DNA of 64,000 bases from the NCBI RefSeq assembly GCF_964204645.1, contig NC_134025.1:16777101-16841100 (forward strand), written 5' to 3'. Numbering within the stretch: the stretch's first letter is position 1; the number at the start of each line of letters is the position of its first letter. The stretch is from Tubulanus polymorphus. Taxonomy: Eukaryota > Animalia > Nemertea. Positions 1 to 14,151 of this stretch are shown here, one piece after another. The notes below the pieces were generated by a model. It saw only the letters and a list, made by a program, of their open reading frames with translations, did not search any database and was not told the DNA's origin. The translations under genes and the position numbers were made by a program.

Positions 1-331
1 AAGTTAAAATAGATTAGGAATAATTGAAAGGATAATTGATTTAAATCAAATTATTATTAAATTAAGTTAAATGATATTTAAATTAGGAATAAGCTTGGAC
101 ATTTTAACTAACTTGTACAACAAATTCTATGGTCACACCAAAATAAACATTGAACCATGCTCTTTATTTTCTTGATTTGAAGTGAAGATAGGCTGAATGA
201 AACATATGTGATTAGATCAAAATCGACCTGCTTCTCAAATTTTTGAAAACGCACAACAGTTCGATTGCCAACATGTTGTTAACGAACAGTGAGTCCATTG
301 AGACTTGAATTGTATTAACTTCAACTTTTTT

Positions 332-477
332 TTAAATGTGCAGTCTGAGGGAAATGCAATGTCTGTCTGATTTATCACTACTGCACGTGCTGGTACCACT
401 AGGTTGTTTCAGATAGGAAATGCGTTTACTCCGGTGGAGTATCGGTTTTGAAGCTATTCCGAGGAAAGCGGTGTTTG
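332..477 (-). CDS. Candidate terminal exon of the Dmrt gene
   Basis: Acceptor ctatactacAG|CA, phase-1 compatible, reads ANTAFLGIASKP...RLHI-stop; no homology support. Confidence 0.4.
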
Positions 478-1241
478 CTGTAGTATAGATGAATAGAAAC
501 CTAAAGACAAATCTGAAACAATAGAAATGTACCAATTTAGTTTCTGCCTAATCAAAACACAAATAAAAAGTATTCAATACACTGTCAGGGCTTGTCAAGT
601 TAGGATATCTATAAGCCGGCCATGGAAAACCCCATGATCTAGTTACCATTTGCGCTGGTTGCGAAAAGTCAAGACCTAAGAAAAATTTGGGCACAAGCTC
701 CTGGCCAAGCCATTTTTATTCACCCCCCCCCAACCCCATGCAAATCTACGACAACTGTCGCAATAACTTGCCCCCGTCCCATATTGAAATGACAAATACT
801 GAAAAAAAAACTCACCTAAGCAGGAATCTTGAAGCAGAGAATGAGAACAATGAATCTAAAAAAATGGAAATATTTTACTAATCTTATGGTTACAAAGGCC
901 CATAAGCGGCTGAAAGCAGATCTTCTCCCCAGCCGAAATAAATTGAAATGAAATTTGAATTTGATAATTAATAATTATTAGAAGGGCACACGTATGCGGT
1001 TGAAAATAAATCACATGCAACTAAAAATTTAGCTGCAAATCTTGATATTGATGCAATGTAGCTCCGTCAGGAGTCAGAATTCCATCAACATTAGACCCAG
1101 CATTGCCATATTTAACTGGATTCTTACACATTAGATAATTCCATCATATTCAGCAAAAAATATGAACTTCACTTACCCAAGACGTCAAAATGGCGGGTAT
1201 CCCTTGTGCAATTTCTTGTTTAGCTAAATTGGTTATTTGGG

Positions 1242-1455
1242 GAATACCCCAGCTGCTGACGGTATTCCCTGATATTCCCTCAACAACCAATCAGAGCGCA
1301 GCTTTCTCACAATAACGTCACAAACGTGATCACGCATGCCGCGGCCTACCCGGTTGAAGAACAGTGATTAGCTGAAAGAGCCCACGTGATCTCCACAGAA
1401 TGAAGGTATTCATTTTCCGGATGGAATTCGCGAAAGAAATACCGAACTTTTGAGA
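1242..1455. repeat. Dispersed repeat; second copy at ~6390-6840 is interrupted by a ~250-bp palindromic insert
   Basis: cccagctgctga..caaccaatcagag..gtgattagctgaaagagcccacgt shared between both sites. Confidence 0.65.
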
Positions 1456-2002
1456 TCGGTATTGTCTTACATCGTTATATAAAATGTTACACACGGGGAC
1501 TGGGAATCAGAATGATTTTATTGTAGACCCGGACCAAGTTAGTGCAAGCTTTTGGAGAGTTGTTATTTGAATATTGCAGTGTCTTAAGAGGATCTATCAT
1601 CATGTTGATAATTGCTAGATTACTTATCGGATTGTGTGGAAATGATTCTAAATAGAAAAATTAACAGCTGAAAGAAGTGACTAACTCGAGTGACTTCAGG
1701 TGAAGAGAAGCAAACACGAAAATAGATAAGAGCCACGATTCCTCTTTTTAAAATAATTAAGCAAGATTAAGTTACATTTCCTTCAAATGACAATCCACTA
1801 CGATCATCCGATAAAGTTTATTGCCACCATAGGCTACCGCCCCCTGGCTCTTTGAAGAGACAGGGAACCAGTCTACAATTCAATTCAGAATTTATTTTAC
1901 AGAAAAGTGGTTTTAAGTTTTATTAGATATTAAAACTGAAAAATATAAATGTTAATACAGAGATTTTTCAAATGGCCACTAACGCAAGCACCCAATGAAA
2001 GT

Positions 2003-2565
2003 AAAAGAATATTAAAAGAATTTTTTTAAAACGTGTAATTAAATGTTTTATTGTGAAATTTTAATTGTGTCAATAAAGAATGAATTGAATTGTCGGCAGC
2101 ACTATGCTGCGCATGAATACCAATTTCAAGACTGATCACACACGGTCAACCAAGGTTGGTATGCGCTGCTGAAATAACAAAAACGATTAAACAAAATCAT
2201 AAAACAATGAAAACGACAACCGTTATAGCCAATATGAAAGGAACCTAGTTACTGCATTAAATGTGTGTATCAGAGCCCAAAAAAGGTTCTAACGAAAGTA
2301 ATCAACTCCCCAAGCAAGTAATCAATCCATGGGATAGCAGTATGGGCTTGCTAACTATTAAATATTATAAAAGAAAATTAAAAGAATTTTTTTAAACATG
2401 TAAGTAAATGTTTTATTGTGAAATTTTAATTGTGTCAATAAAGAATGAATTGAATTGTCGGCAGCACTATGCCGCGCATGAATACCAATTTCAAGACTGA
2501 TCACACACGCTCAACCAAGGTTGGTATGCGCTGCTGAAATAACAAAAACGATTAAACAAAATCAT
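2003..2565. repeat. Local ~200-bp direct duplication (2003-2200 / 2369-2565); segment 2209-2350 recurs at 5605-5758
   Basis: Near-identical blocks visible directly. Confidence 0.8.
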
Positions 2566-2773
2566 GAAACTAGAAAGAAACTTTTTAATAGGACTACGAC
2601 AGAGAATAGAAATTAAAAGTGGAATTCAGGGTGAATAGGTTGGTTGCTAAGGCTTACACACTGTAGTGCTAGTGATCAACAAAATCGTTGTCGGTATTGA
2701 TTGATATTGCCTTACATACAATTAGAGGGGTTGAGAAACGAAGGTATCATTTTAGCCATCGGTGCATGTTTAA

Positions 2774-3761
2774 CCCTTACAATACCAATACCGTATGGCA
2801 TACGGTACAAATTGATAAGCTACCATACCCGTACCGTATGTGCTACGGTATCACTTAACCCTTCTTCTAGAAGGGCATATCTATCAGTATCAGCCGGTGC
2901 TGCCATCTGCATAAAATCCAAGATGGCAACAGCCATGAAAAAACAATTTGGCTGGATGAAACGGTTCAGCAGCTCGTATATGATGCTGAGTGATGCTGGT
3001 GACTTGGAATTTGGTAGTGAACAAATTGAGGGTGACAACGAATATGACAGCAGCAGTTCAGATGATGAGACTTAGTCAGAAAATAGGTTTATAAAGCCGG
3101 CTATGATTTTGATGATGAAAATGAAATCAGTGACAATTTTTTTAGACCCTGTTGATAGGGTTGTCATGGCAACGGACAGCAATAAAAAATGAAGAACCAG
3201 AAACTGTCCATCCTCAAGGTCACATATATCCAAATAAGTTGTCTTATTTGTAAGCCCAATGGTTATCAACACCATGGTATACAATGTACCAGTGTCAAAT
3301 ACATAGGTAACAATTTTCTGAGGCCGGAAATTATACCCCAATGAAACCCCTTACATCTGGCCTTCCGACATATCATGGTAAATGAGTGGAAAAATAAATT
3401 TTTTAGTTGTACCATTGCTTTGAAATTTTTACAACAAAAAGTAAGGATGTATGGCATACAATTTCAGTTGGAATTGAATAGATCAGTGCATTTTGCTGGG
3501 AGACAGAGCAGTTTATCTGAAACTTTATCGTGAATTTTTTTCATGGCGACCATCTTGGAGTATGTGACCTTGACCTCAAGTTGACTTATATGCGAATTAT
3601 TTATGTCTACATTGTTGACCCAAAAGTTATCAACAACATGCTATATAAATTTTCTGTGTCAGATACCTTGGTAACTATTCTATGAAGTTTCAAATATACC
3701 CATATAAACCCCTAAATTCCCTCCGGTACAGCAGCGGAGACACTATGTGGTTTTGAAAGGG
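2774..3761 (+). mobile_element. Non-autonomous piggyBac element
   Basis: TTAA|CCCTT...AAGGG|TTAA; acidic transposase N-terminal remnant (EGDNEYDSSSSDDET); inverted copy at 33005-34014. Confidence 0.88.
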
Positions 3762-4703
3762 TTAATCAAAGTTATACTTACCATGACCACAGGATACAGT
3801 CTGCCCTCGGCACAGTCGCCAAGAACCCATGACATAGGCCAATGACCATGCAGTCCATGGGGTACAAGCTTCACATCCATCTGTTAACAGTTATTTGAAG
3901 CTGTTCACAGACTGAACCAAAGGCAACTGCTAACTGTACCCTTAGGCCCTGGAGCTAATCAAACGATCGACCAAGTGGAACAGAATGAATATTTACCAGC
4001 AGTCTCATTAGAATTCTTACATGATATCTTAAAGATCGGATGGAATATTTGTGAAAATATCCGAACGTGAAACTAATATGGCTACAGTCGAAATTAAAAC
4101 TAGTTACTGACGAAATTAAGTTACCAACTTAAAGGTTTTAATGGTTTCACAAAAGGAATTTTTTCTAGTAAAAGTTATCGTGAATAGTATTTCTTCTGCT
4201 AATTCAGGACCTTTTTTATATAATGAGCGTGTGGATTGTAGCCTACGGGCGACCCGCTCCGTAACGCGCATTATCTATTACTGATACATACACGGTGATC
4301 GCTGCGTATATAAGGCGATATTGCTTACGGGACTGTAATTAATGTTATCGACGCGCGCTCTCATCACTGTGCCGCAAACTAGATACACATAATCGGGCTA
4401 TAAAAACAGATCGCTGACGCGAAAGTCCAAAAGAATTAATGACGATAAATCATTTTACTAGTAATAGTAAGATAGTTTTCAGCGTTGCTCGACGTACGAG
4501 TATCGATTCAACAGCAGCTAATGTTGAATCGATGTAGCACGTGTACTCGCCGAGTCCATATCACCAATGCGTAAACATTTAATTAATCCACTGACACACA
4601 CACACACAAGAAAATACGGAAATTTCGGGCAATAAAGGACAAAATAAATCTCCCGATATCTTTATACGGAAATAAACAACTAAATCATGGAATAGGCCTA
4701 TGT

Positions 4704-5308
4704 ACCGTATTTTCCGGCCAATAAGCCGAGGGCAGTTTTTTAGCCTAAAATACATAGATTTCATAAAGCTTCGCCCAATAAGCCGAGGCCCTTCATCAGA
4801 GATTTTAATTCACTGATTTGTCAATAAGTTCGTCTTCATTGACGATTTAAGAGGCTGACAGTAGCGCCCGCCGATGTGTGAGAGTGCTGTGTATACTATC
4901 ATCGCCGAGTGACTGTGCTTTATATAGACTCACTCAGCTGATTACTATACACACAGCCATACACGCAGTATGCGGCTCACTGCTGATTTGCATATATACT
5001 AATGTATGAACTGACACGTGGTAGTACGATGAACTCGCGCGTTATATAAATGTATACCATTGCCGCTGTGCGGTGATAGAACAAAGTAAAAATAAAATAG
5101 TTCAAAATAGATTATAATTAGTAGTAAATAATGACTTCAAATAAATATCGACCACTTTTCTTGATTTTGACGATCATTGAGAGCATTAGAGTGGCATAGA
5201 TCAGGAAGTGATTTTTTATGTCAGATCGTATCCGCCCAATAAGCCGATCACGATATTTTGGGTAAAAATCTGAGGCTAGAAAATCGGCTTATTGGCCGGA
5301 AAATACGG
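4704..5308. mobile_element. Tc1/mariner-pogo-type MITE
   Basis: TA|ccgtattttccggccaataagccga ... tcggcttattggccggaaaatacgg|TA. Confidence 0.9.
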
Positions 5309-7266
5309 TAAGTGCTTTTTAAAAAATGTATGCGTGGCACTATTTTAAGCGCGGACTAATACAGTTTTACTTCTAGATAGGGGTGGCGCAACTTCAGAAT
5401 TTCAATTTTTTTATTTCGGCAATATTTAATTAACCGAGCAACAAAAATTCATCATATACAAACTCAACCTTCCTTTTTTCATATTTAAGCGACTGTGAAA
5501 GTTTCAGACGCGTACGTGGCGTTAAACGGACATAATCGTTTGACGTGACGGATTTCACGATAACAATAGGACGACGTGTACTACGTACCGTCATCCTAAC
5601 AAGGAAAACAACAACCGTTATAGCCAATATACGAAAGGAACCTAGATTCCATTACTGCATTAAATGTGTGTAAATATCAGAGCCCAAGAAAGTTTCTAAC
5701 GAAAGTTATCGACTCCCCAAGCAAGTTATCAATCCGTGTGATAGCAATATGGGCTTGCCCATGAAAACATATGTTTTGTGTATCGAAGTTTAGGATGTGT
5801 CCTCATATTTGCGAGAACCCTTCTTTAAAATGCGAAGCTAGTTTACACTAGGCCGGATGTTCCTCTTGCCTTCTTACGGTCCGTCGAGAACATCTAAGAG
5901 GGCCTAATCTGTGGTTTGGCCACTAAAATTTGTCGCTGCCTTTATGTGGGAACAGTTCATAGCTACACACAGCCAAGGTATTCAAAAGACGGTAAAATTA
6001 GCGCGATATTCGACGAAATATGAGCATTGTATTATAACGCTTATGTGTGCTGCAGGCGATGTGTTCTCACAATGAAGTCATCAACATCACCGCGCAAACG
6101 TGAGCGTCCCGTTGCCAGAGCTGTTGCTACGGGTTTTTCTCCAGTTCGGATAATGATATTGGAAAAATTTTTCACGTGGCTACTATAGATGCATACGGTC
6201 AAAGTTTTATACAAAAAAAATTAGATTTAAAAATTTTTTCAAAGCCTTCATGACCCCTTCAACGCTTTTATATTAAAAAGTTTGATTATTTTAGGACAAA
6301 AGCAAAAAAAGATTAATTAATATTTTTATATTCTTGAACTTATTGCTATTTTTTGATTTGCTGATATTTTTTTGTCATTTCGTAATTACTCCCAGCTGCT
6401 GAGGTTATTCCCTAAACAACCAATCAGAGTACAGCTTTCTCATAATGATGTAAAAAAGCTTATGATTATGTAGGGCAAACTTCGGTCATCGGAGTTAGTT
6501 GACTATAGTCGAACTAAATGAAACAAAATGTCCATTAGTCGGAACAATGGTCCGGAAATGGTCGACCACACAATTGAGCACAGTTGCTATGGTATAGTTC
6601 ACTATAATATAGGTTCAAGATGGCCGACACTGTAAAATACGTTCAAACCGGAATATAGTGTGCTCGGTTATTAGTTCCGACAACTAGTCGACTAGCAACG
6701 AAAATCTAGTTGGCCTCGGCTGCGGCCTGAACGGTTGAGGAGTCGTGATTAGCTGAAAGAGCCCACGTAATCTTCGCAGAATTAAGGTATTAATTTTTCA
6801 GATGGAACATATATTCGCGAAAAAATACCAAACTTTGAATGCTAATTACTGCGTAACTGGAACACTAACAGTTTCATCTCCTCACCGTTTTATCTTTTGT
6901 TTGGTACCGTTTTGAATGGCACTAATCGCATAACGAAAGTGTACGGTACAAAATACGAGTTTACGTGCACGGCATTTTGTGGGCAATTTATTTCCAGAAA
7001 GGTCTCCACAGTCATTATGACGACTCCGTCGACATAACCTTTTAGCTGAATGTTAAGATGGAGAACACAGCTGTTTTCTTAGAAATATATGAATGCCAAT
7101 AAGAAATTGAGATAGTATTCACTAATTGACTACATGGACAGAGAATCGGTGGTCTTTGTCTGCCCAGAGTCGCACTGCTATATAATCCAACACTGCAAAA
7201 AACTGGCAAAGATAACTGAATATATGGGCAATTTTTAAGCTTAAACTGTTGCTCTTACAATTGGAG

Positions 7267-8656
7267 ACAAGGCAATTCGATACTACGTATCTATGTCCCC
7301 CGCGATAGCCAGTAGGGAATGAATGACCCCCGAAGACACTAATCTTTGGTATAGAAAAATGATGAGTGTATCCAGGGGTAACCATACTATGAAATATCAT
7401 TTTCCCGCTATGAATGGTTATTTAAGAATTGAGTTTACAGGGTTTTAGGCAAAAGACGTCTACCAACCTGGACCTATGACCCTAGAACTCCAAAATCACT
7501 AATGCACATCCTCTCCCAAGGAGTAATCATACTATGAAATAGCATTGTTCTGTTATCAATGGTTCTTCTTGGATCGTGTTTACAAGGTTTCATATGAATG
7601 ACATCTAGTGACCTTGACCTTTTTCCCCAAAATCAATAGAGCACATCCACTCCCTAGGGGTAATCATGCAATGTAATATCATTGTATTGCTATCAACAGT
7701 TCTTTCAGAATCACATTCACGACACAAGGTTTCACATGAATGACCTGAAGTGACCTTGACCTTTGATCCTTGGAGCCCAGAATCAATAGGGCACATCCTC
7801 TCCCTAGGGGTAATCATACTACATAATATCATGGTCCTGCCATCAACGGTTCTTCTGGAATGACGTTCACAAGGTTTCACATGAATGACCTGTAGTGACC
7901 TTGAACTTTGGTACTTGGACCCCAAAATCAATAGGGCACATCCTCTCCCTAGGGCTAATCATACTACATAATATCATGGTCCTGCTATCGACGGTTCTTC
8001 TTGAATCACATTCACAAGGTTTTACATGAATGACCTGTAGTGACCTAGACCTTTGATCCTTGGACCCCAGAATCAATAGGGCACATTCTCTCCCTAGGGG
8101 TATTCATACTACGTAATATCATGGTCCTGCTATCAACGGTTCTTCTTGAATGACGTTCACAAGGTTTCACATGAATGACCTGTAGTGACCTTGACCTTTG
8201 GTCCTTGGACCCCAAAATCAATAGGGCACATCCTCTCCCTAGGGGCAATCATACTACGTAATATCATGGTCCTGCTATCAACGGTTCGTCTTGAATGACG
8301 TTCACAAGCTTTCACATGAATGACCTGTAGTGACCTTGACCTTTGGTACTTGGACCCAAAAATCAATAGGGCACATCCTCTCCCTAGGGGTAATCATACT
8401 ACGTAATATCATGGTCCTGCTATCAGCGGTTCTTCTTGAATCACGTTCACAAGGTTTTACATGAATGACCTGTAGTGACCTTGACCTTTGGTCCTTGGAC
8501 CCCAAAATCAATAGGGCACATCCTCTCCCTAGGGGTAATCATACTGTGTAATATCATAGTCCTGCGATCAACAGTTCTTGAATCGCGTTCACAAGCTCAT
8601 TCGGATGGACAGACGGACGGACGGAGGCGGATACCAAGTCCGCCGCGCGGGGGACA
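7267..8656 (+). mobile_element. HINE/Helentron-like element with ~8 tandem 145-bp units
   Basis: ACAAG start; subterminal IR tgtcccccgcg (7294)/cgcgggggaca (8646); 145-bp period (atagggcaca at 8221, 8366, 8511); gacg microsatellite near 3' end. Confidence 0.8.
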
Positions 8657-9254
8657 AAAATGGTTTTTCATAATTATCAATCATTTCCTTAAAAATCTTT
8701 TGATCAAAAGTAAGATTCTATCACTTGTTCCATGAGTCATGCTGGAATTCATTGTGTGAAATCAAGATAATTCATCAACGTATTTTCATAATCTAATTAG
8801 AAAACATCACAAATGTGTAAAAAGTCCTGATTTAGTCGAACAACATTGGCCGCCAGTTAGTCATCTTTATTTTGATCGGACCAGTTTTCGGGCAGGTGTA
8901 TCTTTGGTGTATACATATACAAACCACAGATCAAGACAATTCATAGAGGCGTCTTCAAAACTTCCCAAAATAACTGGATTCCATCTATGGATGGGTGGAC
9001 AGACAACAGACAGAAAAAAGGACGCAATGGAGTACTGGCATAGCCTAATCAATGTCTAAGAGAGCAAGAATCGGCTTTTATAAGCCTACAAATGTGAAAA
9101 ACACCAGATAAGAGAAAACCTCCAAAAATGTTAAGGTGAGCCAAGTCTTCCCTAAATACAAATCACAAAACATGAGCTGGAAACAGATAAGAAATATGAA
9201 ACGCTCTTCTGATTTTCAAGTCAGTAATCTTAGCAGTAAAGAAAATTTACTTAC

Positions 9255-9542
9255 CAAATGGATGCCCACCAGAATCAATGAACATATATGAATGGTGAGT
9301 ATTTGGCGTGATAGGATAACTGTTGAAACCATGAGTAAAATTAAACTGATCGACGTACTGTGGTGGTAAATGACTACCATAACTTGATATTGGTAACTGG
9401 GCAATAGGCTTTTGAATTTGATTTGTCCATGAAACTGATGTTGTTGAATCACTGTGTGGATTATAGCGTATTTCACAGTTCAGCGGCCCTGATTCAACAT
9501 GATCTGAGGCATGCACCTTTGAAATAGGTGGGCTATCCACAA
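9255..9542 (-). CDS. Dmrt: Probable internal exon of the Dmrt gene (Ser/Pro/His-rich)
   Basis: Acceptor ttcattttAG|TT and donor G|GTAAGT; phase 1 joins in frame with the DM exon (EEEI-V-VDSPPISK...GGHPF); open for 96 codons. Confidence 0.7.
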
Positions 9543-10575
9543 CTAAAATGAAAATTAGAAATAATACCATGATAAAGGGTCCACAGACTACACTGTAAGT
9601 TGCTGTGTTATATATAGTCAGATTTGTTATCAAGCAATGTTTGAGGTGTAACACTTCATGAGCAAAATGATTCTTGGGTGATATTTGTGCCTTATCTGAC
9701 ACCTTGTATAGAAGAAATATCGCTACCCGTACAACATAGATTCACTTCATTTCCTAAATTCTATTGTGTATATTCATTATCAAGATGAGTCCATTCTCAA
9801 ATTGATTATGATAACATTGATGATTTAGAAGCATTTCTAGTAACTATTGATCAAATTGAACTTTCGTCCGCATTGACTGGCAGTATGTGGCAGATTTTAC
9901 AATAATGGGAACCAAAATCTAACAATATGTGCCAATTTTCAAATATGCTTCTTGCAGATGAAATCTTTGAGAAGTTGATTTACATCCAAACTTTGAGTGC
10001 TCTGATTTTTAGAATCAAATTCTCGCATTACACGCAGGTACACACATTACGCATTTCACTTAGTTTACAGACGCTCAAAGGTTGTAATAAGTAAAATTTT
10101 AAAATAAAAGCCCTACACCTGGGTGCTCTTTCTGGAACTAATTTTTGGCAGTTTTTACTGATGACAAGAGCATGTAACCAGGGCCTTGCTTGTTACACGA
10201 AGGTACGTCTTAAGGTAAATGCGACAAAGTCGAACAATATGACGAAGTGCGTGCCTATTGGCTCATTCAATTGTTATGCTAAAAATAACCGCGCCCGTGC
10301 ACAGTGTTACTTACTGCATGCTGGCTGAATACAGAATGTTACCAGGACTTATGTCAAGGTTTTACAACATTTTGATTTTCAATTTTACTCCTATAGAATT
10401 GATAAATCAAGCAAATCAGTCGATTTGTCAACTGACTTGACATGGATAGATAAGATGGCAGAAAAGAATCTCCCACTGGTTACAAAAACTCCCACTGGTG
10501 GAAAAATCAAAAACCCCTCTTCATCTCCTCAACAAACAGCTCGTTTACACCTACAATAATAAACTTTGTCATAAC

Positions 10576-12460
10576 CTAACACACAATTCTAGCAAAACGG
10601 CCGAACCATTGAATATCGGTGTATATAAAACGCCACTTCACACACATTGAATCCGGTATGGGATCATCCCAATCACACTTTTCTGACCAAATGTTCTGTA
10701 TAAAGTTCTTAACAGTTACTATAATCAGACCTGCAATTCCGAGTGGATCGTAGATTTTCAATGCGTCGCTCAGTACTTGTCGTTTTGTAATCATATCGGT
10801 ACGTACGGATTTCAATTCAACGGTCGCGAACTTCAACCTATCACCTCCTAAATGCCATTTAAGTCCTAAGACTCCATCTATCGATTTACCACTGGACACG
10901 TTGTCTTCAATACATTTCCCTGCTACCGTCGGATCATTCGTGGTCCAACTACGTAAGTTGAAACCACCCTGTCGCATAACACTTCTAGCTGTATCATAGA
11001 ATTGTCGAGCTTGGCCAGCAGGGATGCTGACTATCAGATTATCGACATATAGATTATCGTTCATCATGAGAGTGTACGGACTTTCAACCACCTTCAGGTG
11101 ATGCCATAACGTCACATTTAAAATAAACGGCGAGCTTTTAGCTCCAAAGAGAATCACTTTGAATCGCTTTACCACAAGGTCACTTGTGGCGTCCTCAGGA
11201 TCACTGAGCCATAAGAAACGTGTATAGTCTCTGTCATCTGGATGTAACGAAATCTGAAGGAATGCTTTGTCAATATGAAGTATCATTGCAATATCGAACA
11301 AACGTAATCTTAGCAAAATCGACGATATGCTATTTTGCAGCGCTGGACCGCTCTCCAGACAATCATTTAAACTCGGAGTATATGACGACGCGCGACTACT
11401 ACAATTAAACACGATTATGAGCGGAGTCGTAACAGAACCAGTGCGATATACCGGATGATGGGGCAAGTAGTGTAACCGGGACCTCGCAGCGTTATTAACA
11501 TCATACACCCTTTCAATAAATCCGCGGTTGAATTGGTCTTGCATGACGTCCAAGTAATATTTCAACTCACCGCGCTTCATTAAACGCTTAACTGTTGACT
11601 CGGTTGTACGTAAAGCTTGCATATAGTTCGTCGGTAACGGGGGATGGTTGCTTTTCCAAGGTAAGCGTGCCTCGTACCTTTCGCCGTTGAACGAAATTGA
11701 ATTTCGACAATACCCTTCTAAGTCAAATAAGTCAGTATCCCCATGGGGCTCTGAAATACCCATTGACTCAAGTTCCCAGAACTTTTTCACATTGGCGGTG
11801 AGCGAATCACTCGACTCAAAAACGCACTGTGCGGTGACGCATGAACTGGTAGGTAGGGACGATGGTATCGGTAGCACTGGCTTCAGTTTAATGGGTCCAG
11901 ATAACAAATACCCGAACTTTGACTGAACAGCTGTAGGGCCGTCACCCTTAATTACTGGACCTTCAACCATGCCCCAATAATTGTCGGCGCCTATGAGTAG
12001 ATCAATATTATGAAGTTCTCCATCAGTGATCGGTTTAGCTAACTTCAGCCCACTCAAATGGGGAGCCGACTCGATCACTTTGTGCCAAGCGTAATTTCTC
12101 AACATGCCTGTCACGCATTGCACCACATACTCCTGAATAGGAATATGTCCCGAATTTGTTATACATACACTCTCACAATGTCCGCGAGTATTTGTACAGT
12201 TTTACTGCCAAAGCCACTAATAGATTTAATGTCGGGACCCAGTGATTGTTCCGCCATAGTTCACAAAATTTTAATAGGTAATCCTTAGGTCGCTGGTTCA
12301 TATCCTGCTCGAGGGACCATTCTGTCAGCGTTTGCACGACAGAAAGTAGAAGACATACAGTATCTACAACAGTTTATTTACAAATCACAACATAATTCAT
12401 TACACAGATTGAAACACGAGATGAGCGGCGGGCAGCTTGCGTGCCGTCTAACATACAACA
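10576..12460 (-). mobile_element. BEL/Pao LTR retrotransposon remnant (5' LTR, PBS, partial pol; gag deleted)
   Basis: 516-aa ORF with IDLLIGADNYW, YLPHHPV, SLNDCLESGP, YVDN, GFNLRSW, IYDPLG; short TG..CA LTR 12323-12460; PBS tggtccctcgagcagga (tRNA-Tyr-like) 12303-12319. Confidence 0.92.
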
Positions 12461-12519
12461 ACCATTTAAGCGGCGGACTCGCCGACAAGGCCTATCAAGA
12501 TACAGAGGCATCTTTGCAA

Positions 12520-12830
12520 TCATCCCCCTGGGGGTAGAGTTTCTATTTCTTCAAATCGCTGCTAGTCCTACAGTTTTAATCAGATCAATTCCAAATTTAG
12601 TATGAATGTTCTATGCATCTAGGCCTATGAAGTAACAGAGGCATTTTTTGGATTCGTCCCCCAGTTTCTATTTCTTCAAATTGCTATAAGTCCTACAGTT
12701 TTAATCACCTCAAGTCCAAATTTAGTATGAATGTTCTATGGGCCAATACCTACAAAATACAGGGCCTTTTTGGATTTGGCCACAAGGGAGCACCCCTAGG
12801 TATGCAGCTTCTATTTCTTCAAATCACACA
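12520..12830. repeat. Degenerate ~125-bp tandem repeat
   Basis: tttctatttcttcaaat..agtcctacagttttaatc..ccaaatttagtatgaatgttctatg repeated. Confidence 0.7.
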
Positions 12831-13124
12831 GCGGAGCTATATAAGCTGATAGGCTCCTAGTGGTAATTTTTGAAGACACGTCTGTCAATTGTCTCTATAT
12901 TTTTGGTTTTTTCACATATCTACCCTAGACAAATAATGAAGCTAGAAGGTGAATATATCATTGAGGAAAGCCTTGGTAGCAGCATTATTACTAACTTTAG
13001 TGAGATCAATGTTAAAGTCACCTAGTATCTAAAAGTTGTTTTGGGGAATTTTGGATAGTGACATTTATTTCATGAATAAAGTGATGAATAGGGTCACCTG
13101 ATTGTTTGTACATTACGCCAATTG

Positions 13125-13560
13125 TTACTTTTTCTCTAGCAGACAAATTAACTTCGCAAAAGAGAAGTTCAAAACATGTTGATCGAATTGATAGGTCTTC
13201 ACGGATTTTGTACTAGAAACGATTATCAATATAAAGTGCCATACCCCCAGAATGATTGAAGTATCTATTGAAAAATATACTATTGTAACCATCCGAGTTA
13301 TAACAAGTATGATAAGCATTTCATCAGATGCCCACGTTTCGGGAACGCAAACAATGCTAGGTAAATTAACAAATGCATCGAGGGTGTCTCTTAAAGACTT
13401 AAAAATACTTATTAAAGCGTCTGATGTTGGAATGGTAGATCCACGTCCCGTGCTTTTGCGATGGAACGTTGAGAAGCTGGTTAAGCTGATATATTGAGTA
13501 GCATGAATCATCAACGTTATCCTCATCGCAGGCTTGATTGAAATTGAAGTCATTTAACAT
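13125..13560 (-). pseudogene. CR1/L2-type LINE ORF2 endonuclease N-terminal fragment
   Basis: Across frameshifts reads YHSNIRR..FKSLRDTLDAFVNLPSIVCVPETW..GYNSIFFNR..GGMALYI (APE motifs). Confidence 0.75.
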
Positions 13561-13876
13561 GCCAATTCATGCTTTCAGAATTAGGAGGAACAAGCATTGC
13601 GTGCCATAAAATGATTAATTGATAATAGTTTACCACAATTGGCAATATATTATAGAAGATATCATGTCTATATCCGATACTATTAACATGGAAATCAAAA
13701 CATACATTTATAATGCATGTGCGTAATTGATTAACGAGCAAAAGAATAAACTATAGGCCTCTTATGATACTAGGTTACTATTAATACAATAGGTCCTATC
13801 GAATGAACTTCTGTTATTTCCTGCGTTAGAATCTTGAAATAGGTCTTAAGCTATGCTGTTCAACTATATCATTTAC

Positions 13877-14151
13877 CGATTTCCTCTTCATCTGTTGAAC
13901 TTGGTTGTTCATTATGATTCAATGCCAAATAACCTGCAGCTGACTTGGGCTCCCTTAACCTTTCGTTATCGCATGCCCGCTTTAATGCTATTTGAGCAGC
14001 CACAATTCGTTTTCTTTCCGTCAAAAGTAGGCATTTGTAACAGTTGCAGTAGCGAAATTTACAGAAATGTTTATGTCCTTTTACATCTAACATAAAGCCA
14101 TGGTTTCGACATCTTGCACATTTTGGAGAAGTTCGTCTCAGTACATTCCCA
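13877..14151 (-). CDS. Dmrt: Dmrt-family transcription factor, DM-domain exon
   Basis: [51 protein letters not shown] has all DM zinc ligands plus the recognition helix; acceptor tcttttcAG (14152-3) and donor G|GTAAAT (13875-6); 5' exon/start not resolved. Confidence 0.93.

Noticed and set aside
3774-3880. atacttacc resembling the U1 snRNA 5' end, or an extra phase-1 Dmrt exon (3782-3880, minus)
   Set aside because: No U1 stem-loops or Sm site recognised; the exon has a weak pyrimidine tract and no supporting homology
7605-8735. Cluster of similar 67-108-aa ORFs (MILGSKDQRSRSLQ...) and CRISPR-like periodicity
   Set aside because: Translations of a 145-bp tandem repeat; no unique spacers and no cas genes
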